A stretch of 64,000 bases of DNA from Longimicrobiales bacterium (GTDB lineage: Bacteria > Gemmatimonadota > Gemmatimonadetes > Longimicrobiales > Gaopeijiaceae): NCBI GenBank assembly GCA_965219445.1, contig CBDCNQ010000001.1:240754-304753 (forward strand), read 5' to 3'. The translations under genes were made by a program, and so were the position numbers. Below are positions 60,001-64,000 of this stretch, piece after piece. Position 1 is the stretch's first letter. Every line of letters starts with the position of its first letter. The notes beneath the pieces are model-generated. The model did no database searches. It worked only from the letters and a program-made list of their open reading frames with translations, and had not been told where the DNA came from.

Positions 60001-63000
60001 TTGTTTCTGATCTCGGGCGGATTGGTATTGGGAATGAGCGTCTGGGCAACATCGGTCCAGTTCTTGATCCAGTTGTTCGCGCCGCGGACGCGGTACCGGT
60101 ACTGGTGGTGATCCACCAGGTCCTTCGATTCGGCGTTGGGGTTTCTCCACCAGCTCAAGAGAATCTCGCCGGGCAGTTTGGGGTCTGCCCTCACGTCCTG
60201 CGGCGGGGGAAGCGCGGAGTTCGTCGCCACCGGGCCCGCTGAAGAAATGGTGGTGGCGGACGCGACGCCCGAGGGGCGCGACGTGCCTGCGGCGCTGATC
60301 GCCGACACCCGGTAGTGCCGCGTGTCGCCGGCCGAAAGCCTGGTATGGGCATAGTCGACGCGGGTGTTGCCGGTGTGACCTTTGAGGACGTTCCAGCGCG
60401 AGCCCGCGTTCTCGGAGACCTCGATCCTGTAGCCCGTAATCGCAAAGCTGCCGACGTCCGCCGGGGCGGTCCAGGACAGCTGGATCCGCGTCTGGCTCTT
60501 GGCCGCGGCCTGAAGGCCCTTGGGCGTGCCGGGGACGATAACGGCGTCGTCGTTGCGGATGGTCAGGGTCACGTCGTCCGGGTCCGGGATCGCCGCGTTC
60601 GACACGGCGCCGGACACCGTCACGTCGTCGTCTGGCTCGGGGTCGTCGTCGCCCACCGGCCGGATCGTCACCGTCCCGGTGCTCTCGGTCGCGTTTTCGG
60701 CGAAGCTCAGGACCTTGTTGGTGCTCAGCTCGAAGTCGTCCTCGGTCGCCGGCGCCACCGGGCTCGCCGAGATCGTCACCGTGAAGTCCACGGGCGAGGC
60801 CGGCGACACCGTCGCCGTCACCGTGCTTAGGCCGCCGTTCTCGCCGATCGAACCGGGCGACAGCACCAGGGTCACGGCCGGCGTCGTGGTGTCGTTGTCG
60901 GTCACCGTCACCGATACGCCGGCGATCGCGATGCCGCTGTAGTTGCCGTCCGTGCTCGTCGCGGTGTGGGTCAGCGTGACCGCATCGTTGGCCGTGTCGT
61001 CATCGTTGAGCGCCTTCACCGTCACCGTCTGGGCCCGGTCCCAGTTCGAGGGGGTGAAGGTCAGGGTGGACGAGCTCAGGCTCACATCCGTGCCCGAGTG
61101 CCCGCCGACCGTCACCGTGACCTCGTGCGTCGGCTCGGTGTCGAGGACCACCGTGTAGCTGTCCCCCGTCGCGTCCTGTTCGGTCACGGTCAGCGCCGTC
61201 ACCGACACCGTCACGCCCGCCGCGTCGTCGTCCTCGAGGGTCAGCGTCAGGGTCGGCGGCGCGGTCACGCTGGTCGCCGACACGGTGCCCGAGACCGTCA
61301 CGGTCTTGTCCGCCGCGTCCACATCGTTGTCCACGCCCGTGATCGTCACCGAGCCCGTGCTCGTGGTCGCGTTCTCGGCGAAGTTCAGGACCGTGTTCGC
61401 GCTCAGGCGGAAATCAGCGGCCACCGCCGGGGACACCGCCGCCGCCGCCACCGTCACCGTGAAGGCCGCCGCCGAGGCCGGCGACACCGTCGCCGTCACC
61501 GTGCTTACGCCGCCGTTCTCGCCGATCGAATCGCCCGACAGCGCCAGGGTCACGCCCGGCGTCGTGGTGGCGTCCGTCGCGCCGCTGCCCGAGTCCGACC
61601 ACGAGCCCGTCCCCTCGTCGTTCCTCGCCCGCACCTGCACCTGGTAGGAGGTGTTTTCCGAAAGCCCCGACAGCGTCGCCGTGGTGGCCGTGCCGATGTG
61701 GCCCCCGTTGCTCCAGTCCCCGGTGGTGCCCGCCCGGTACTGGACGTCGTAGTCTGTGATCGCCGGGCCCGCGTTGGCCGGCGCCGACCAGTTCACCGTC
61801 AGGCTCGTCACCGAGGCCGGCGCCACGTCCGGCGCGTCCGGCTTGCCCGGCGCCTCGCCGCTCACATCCGTCACCGTCACCGTGATCGTCTGCGTCGCCG
61901 TCTTCTCCCGCTCGCCCGCGCCGCTGGTCGCCTGCACCTCGACCACGTAGTCGTTGTCGGTGTCGGAGTCCTGGGCGTCCTCGAAGTTCGGCGCCGCGTC
62001 GAACGTCAGCGCCCCCGACGTCGCCCCGATAGAGAAGAACGCCTGGTCCGCCCCGCCGGTGATCGCGTAGCCGGTGACGTCGTCGCCCGTGTCGCCGTCG
62101 GTCGCCAGCACCGTGCCCGCCGAGGTCTGGTTCTCCGCCGCGTCGAACGTCGCCGATGAACTGAACGACGGCGCCGCGTTGGCGTCCGTCGAGCCGTTGC
62201 CCGAGTCCGACCACGAGCCCGTCCCCTCGTCGTTCCTCGCCCGCACCTGCACCTGGTAGGAGGTGTTTTCCGAAAGCCCCGACAGCGTCGCCGTGGCGGC
62301 CGTGCCGATGTGGCCCCCGTTGCTCCAGTCCCCGGTGGTGCCCGCCCGGTACTGGACGTCGTAGTCTGTGATCGCCGGGCCCGCGTTGGCCGGCGCCGAC
62401 CAGTTCACCGTCAGGCTCGTCACCGAGGCCGGCGCCACGTCCGGCGCGTCCGGCTTGCCCGGCGCCTCGCCACTCACATCCGTCACCGTCACCGTGATCG
62501 TCTGCGTCGCCGTCTTCTCCCGCTCGCCCGCGCCGCTGGTCGCCTGCACCTCGACCACGTAGTCGTTGTCGGTGTCGGAGTCCTGGGCGTCCTCGAAGTT
62601 CGGCGCCGCGTCGAACGTCAGCGCCCCCGACGTCGCCCCGATAGAGAAGAACGCCTGGTCCGCCCCGCCGGTGATCGCGTAGCCGGTGACGTCGTCGCCC
62701 GTGTCGCCGTCGGTCGCCAGCACCGTGCCCGCCGAGGTCTGGTTCTCCGCCGCGTCGAACGTCGCCGATGAACTGAACGACGGCGCCGCGTTGGCGTCCG
62801 TCGAGCCGTTGCCCGAGTCCGACCACGAGCCCGTCCCCTCGTCGTTCCTCGCCCGCACCTGCACCTGGTAGGACGTGTTCTCCGAAAGGCCCGTGAGCGT
62901 CGCCGTGACCACCGTGCCGGTGTGGCCCCCGTCGCTCCAGCTCCCGGTGGTGCCCGCCCGGTACTGGACGTCGTAGTCTGTGATCGCCGGGCCGCCGTTG

Positions 63001-64000
63001 GCCGGTGCCGACCAGTTCACCGTCAGGCTCGTCACCGACGCCGGCGCCACCGTCGGCGCGGCTGGCTTGCCCGGCGCCTCGCCGCTCACGTCGGTCACCG
63101 TCACCGTGATCGTCTGCGTCGCCGTCTTCACCCGCTCGCCCGCGCCGCTGGTCGCCTGCACCTCGACCACGTAGTCGTTGCCGGTGTCGGAGTCCTGGGC
63201 GTCCTCGAAGTTCGGCGCCGTCTTGAAGGTCAGCGCCCCGGAGGTCGCACCGATCGAGAAGAGGTTCTGGTCCGCGCCGCCGGTGATCGCGTAGCCGGTG
63301 ACGTCGTCGTCCGAATCGGAGTCCGTCGCCAGCACCGTGCCGGCCGTCGTCTGGTTCTCCGCCGCGTCGAACTCCGCGTCCGATGTGAACGCCGGTGCCG
63401 CGTTGGCGTCCGTCGCGCCGCTGCCCGAGTCCGACCAGTCGCCCGTGCCCTCGTCGTTCCTCGCCCGCACCTGCACCTGGTAGGAGGTGTTCTCCGAAAG
63501 GCCCGTGAGCGTCGCCGTGGTGGCGGTGCCGGTGTGGCCCCCGTCGCTCCAGCTCCCGCTCGTGCCCGCCCGGTACTGGACGTCGTAGTCTGTGATCGCC
63601 GGGCCGCCGTTGGCCGGCGCCGACCAGTTCACCGTCAGGCTCGTCACCGACGCCGGCGCCACCGTCGGCGCGTCCGGCTTGCCCGGCGCCTCGCCGCCCA
63701 CGTCCGTCACCGTCACCGTGATCGTCTGCGTCGCCGTCTTCTCCCGCTCACCCGCGCCGCTGGTCGCCTGCACCTCGACCACGTAGTCGTTGCCGGTGTC
63801 GGAGTCCTGGGCGTCCTCGAAGTTCGGCGCCGTCTTGAAGGTCAGCGCCCCGGAGGTCGCCCCGATCGAGAAGAGGTTCTGGTCCGCGCCGCCGGTGATC
63901 GCGTAGCCCGTGACGTCGTCGCCCGAATCGGAGTCCGTCGCCAGCACCGTGCCGGCCGTCGTCTGGTTCTCCGCCGCGTCGAACTCCGCGTCCGATGTGA
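57042..64000 (-). CDS. Giant autotransporter adhesin (cadherin-like plus FN3 repeats, Ig-like, Calx-beta, beta-barrel); 5' end outside window
   Basis: FN3 (W.APA.GG..ITDY.VQY..GL...TSYQVQVRA.N), cadherin-like (AEN, ATD.D, NFE), two clear Calx-beta domains, amphipathic barrel ending in W. Confidence 0.9.
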   Translation of the reverse strand, partial: TSDAEFDAAENQTTAGTVLATDSDSGDDVTGYAITGGADQNLFSIGATSGALTFKTAPNFEDAQDSDTGNDYVVEVQATSGAGEREKTATQTITVTVTDVGGEAPGKPDAPTVAPASVTSLTVNWSAPANGGPAITDYDVQYRAGTSGSWSDGGHTGTATTATLTGLSENTSYQVQVRARNDEGTGDWSDSGSGATDANAAPAFTSDAEFDAAENQTTAGTVLATDSDSDDDVTGYAITGGADQNLFSIGATSGALTFKTAPNFEDAQDSDTGNDYVVEVQATSGAGERVKTATQTITVTVTDVSGEAPGKPAAPTVAPASVTSLTVNWSAPANGGPAITDYDVQYRAGTTGSWSDGGHTGTVVTATLTGLSENTSYQVQVRARNDEGTGSWSDSGNGSTDANAAPSFSSSATFDAAENQTSAGTVLATDGDTGDDVTGYAITGGADQAFFSIGATSGALTFDAAPNFEDAQDSDTDNDYVVEVQATSGAGEREKTATQTITVTVTDVSGEAPGKPDAPDVAPASVTSLTVNWSAPANAGPAITDYDVQYRAGTTGDWSNGGHIGTAATATLSGLSENTSYQVQVRARNDEGTGSWSDSGNGSTDANAAPSFSSSATFDAAENQTSAGTVLATDGDTGDDVTGYAITGGADQAFFSIGATSGALTFDAAPNFEDAQDSDTDNDYVVEVQATSGAGEREKTATQTITVTVTDVSGEAPGKPDAPDVAPASVTSLTVNWSAPANAGPAITDYDVQYRAGTTGDWSNGGHIGTATTATLSGLSENTSYQVQVRARNDEGTGSWSDSGSGATDATTTPGVTLALSGDSIGENGGVSTVTATVSPASAAAFTVTVAAAAVSPAVAADFRLSANTVLNFAENATTSTGSVTITGVDNDVDAADKTVTVSGTVSATSVTAPPTLTLTLEDDDAAGVTVSVTALTVTEQDATGDSYTVVLDTEPTHEVTVTVGGHSGTDVSLSSSTLTFTPSNWDRAQTVTVKALNDDDTANDAVTLTHTATSTDGNYSGIAIAGVSVTVTDNDTTTPAVTLVLSPGSIGENGGLSTVTATVSPASPVDFTVTISASPVAPATEDDFELSTNKVLSFAENATESTGTVTIRPVGDDDPEPDDDVTVSGAVSNAAIPDPDDVTLTIRNDDAVIVPGTPKGLQAAAKSQTRIQLSWTAPADVGSFAITGYRIEVSENAGSRWNVLKGHTGNTRVDYAHTRLSAGDTRHYRVSAISAAGTSRPSGVASATTISSAGPVATNSALPPPQDVRADPKLPGEILLSWWRNPNAESKDLVDHHQYRYRVRGANNWIKNWTDVAQTLIPNTNPPEIRNNNSVLVEDLDAETTYEFQVRSVDKDDTYSAAVSALATATGPQTISIARPSGTVTEGDPLRFTLSRDKPHGTLDVAVRFSETGNMLQPDRRGRNWFSKIVRFGDGNATIPVVVETVDDGDASEPDSRVTAEVKQAYFHPHGYLYEVHPSRGSATKTVTARGGTTRSAALSVADAEATEGEDATLDFLVRLDGNPGSDVTVDYGTRDGMATAGSDYTETSGTLTFEPGEDEKTVSVPIADDDVEDDGETFTLMLSNASGAGLADNEAVGTIRNSETTGPAELTAAFVGVPEAHDGESAFHFRVAFSEDIGISFRALREDAFTVTGGRVTGGSRVDGRRDLFKMTVRPDSDGDVTITLAAGRECATSGAICTKGENRRQLTNSPSATVAGPVGISVADARVEEGAGAVLEFAVTLERAAGGAVTVDYATSDGTAQVGVDYTAANGTLTFRAGESSKTVEVAVLDDSHDEGEETMTLRLSNPSEGRLADAEATGTIENTDPLPRALLARFGRATALHVMEQVEERLEASRDPGFRGRFAGRELRRGMERDMGRNFLSRLESTAGAGARDTMGGQSDLSPTELLRTGLGGGDVLMGSGFVLNRETGGGASVSLWSRGMESRFSGRDGELSLDGGVRTTMFGADYAKGPLMAGLMLSHRRGLGGYQGADIGQVASSVTGLHPWVGYQLTERVTLWGVTGYGRGSLSLTPGEALSLPTSLAAPVALEGGLSMSMLAGGVRGDLVDAGIGGFGLAFKADALWVGTGSEAVDDPAGRLAGTEAVVTRVRTALEASRGYVFGHGIALQPSFEVGLRRDGGDAETGAGADVAASLIASDPLTGLSVDVRVRTLLVHQDEGFRERGVSVSFSYDPTPQTPLGLTARVAPSWGGQAMSGADALWGRDTMEGLGAAGPGSGDRIDAELGYALPVGSRLVGTPRFGVTTSEYGRDYRLGYSLAVVQGGAMSFQFGLDAQRRESLLQDKPDHSLVGRLTVGW
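61569..64000. repeat. Near-identical 612-bp tandem repeats (204 aa, cadherin plus FN3), about 4 copies visible
   Basis: GGCGTCCGTC anchor at 61569, 62181, 62793 and 63405; shadow ORFs recur with 612-bp period. Confidence 0.95.

Larger units (their letters stand above)
55823..64000. mobile_element. End of a putative integrative genomic island (att-like end, alpA, HTH, giant adhesin); integrase not in window
   Basis: Abrupt gene break, AT-rich segment 55850-55955, alpA, more GC-rich cargo. Confidence 0.6.

Noticed and set aside
61569..64000. CRISPR array
   Set aside because: Repeats are 612-bp in-frame coding units without spacers, and there are no cas genes.

Overview
GC-rich bacterial chromosomal window. 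The Ser/Thr kinase N-terminus and the PorX/TonB/autotransporter content suggest a diderm, probably Gemmatimonadota; this is inference only. 1-55.8 kb is mostly core genome: ettA, a Tat-exported two-domain multicopper oxidase plus ZIP transporter pair, hemG/hemH, a nine-gene MoxR-vWA-DUF58-DUF4159 envelope operon, ferritin, cyclophilin, infA, HU, a degenerate and an intact DEAD-box helicase, aspC, LMW-PTP plus fructosamine kinase, a cNMP-GGDEF protein, an MntR/DtxR regulator, apaG, an M16 peptidase, typA, serC-like/serA, cyoE, hemQ, a Ser/Thr kinase and a porX-like regulator. At ~55.83 kb an MsbA-like gene breaks off at its Walker A motif. What follows looks like the end of an integrative island: an att-like AT-rich end, alpA, a decayed HTH gene and a giant cadherin/FN3/Calx-beta autotransporter with 612-bp tandem repeats that runs off the window. 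The best candidates for poorly described systems are (1) the MoxR-vWA envelope operon with a TPR-metallopeptidase and a Cys-to-Ser clan-CD protein, (2) the MCO-ZIP module with an MntR-type operator over its promoter, and (3) an operon of apparent pseudo-enzymes built around a dead DEAD-box/DbpA-domain protein. Several small gene scars suggest ongoing deletional erosion. No rRNA, intact tRNA or CRISPR array was seen. All family assignments are from motif recognition by eye, not database searches.
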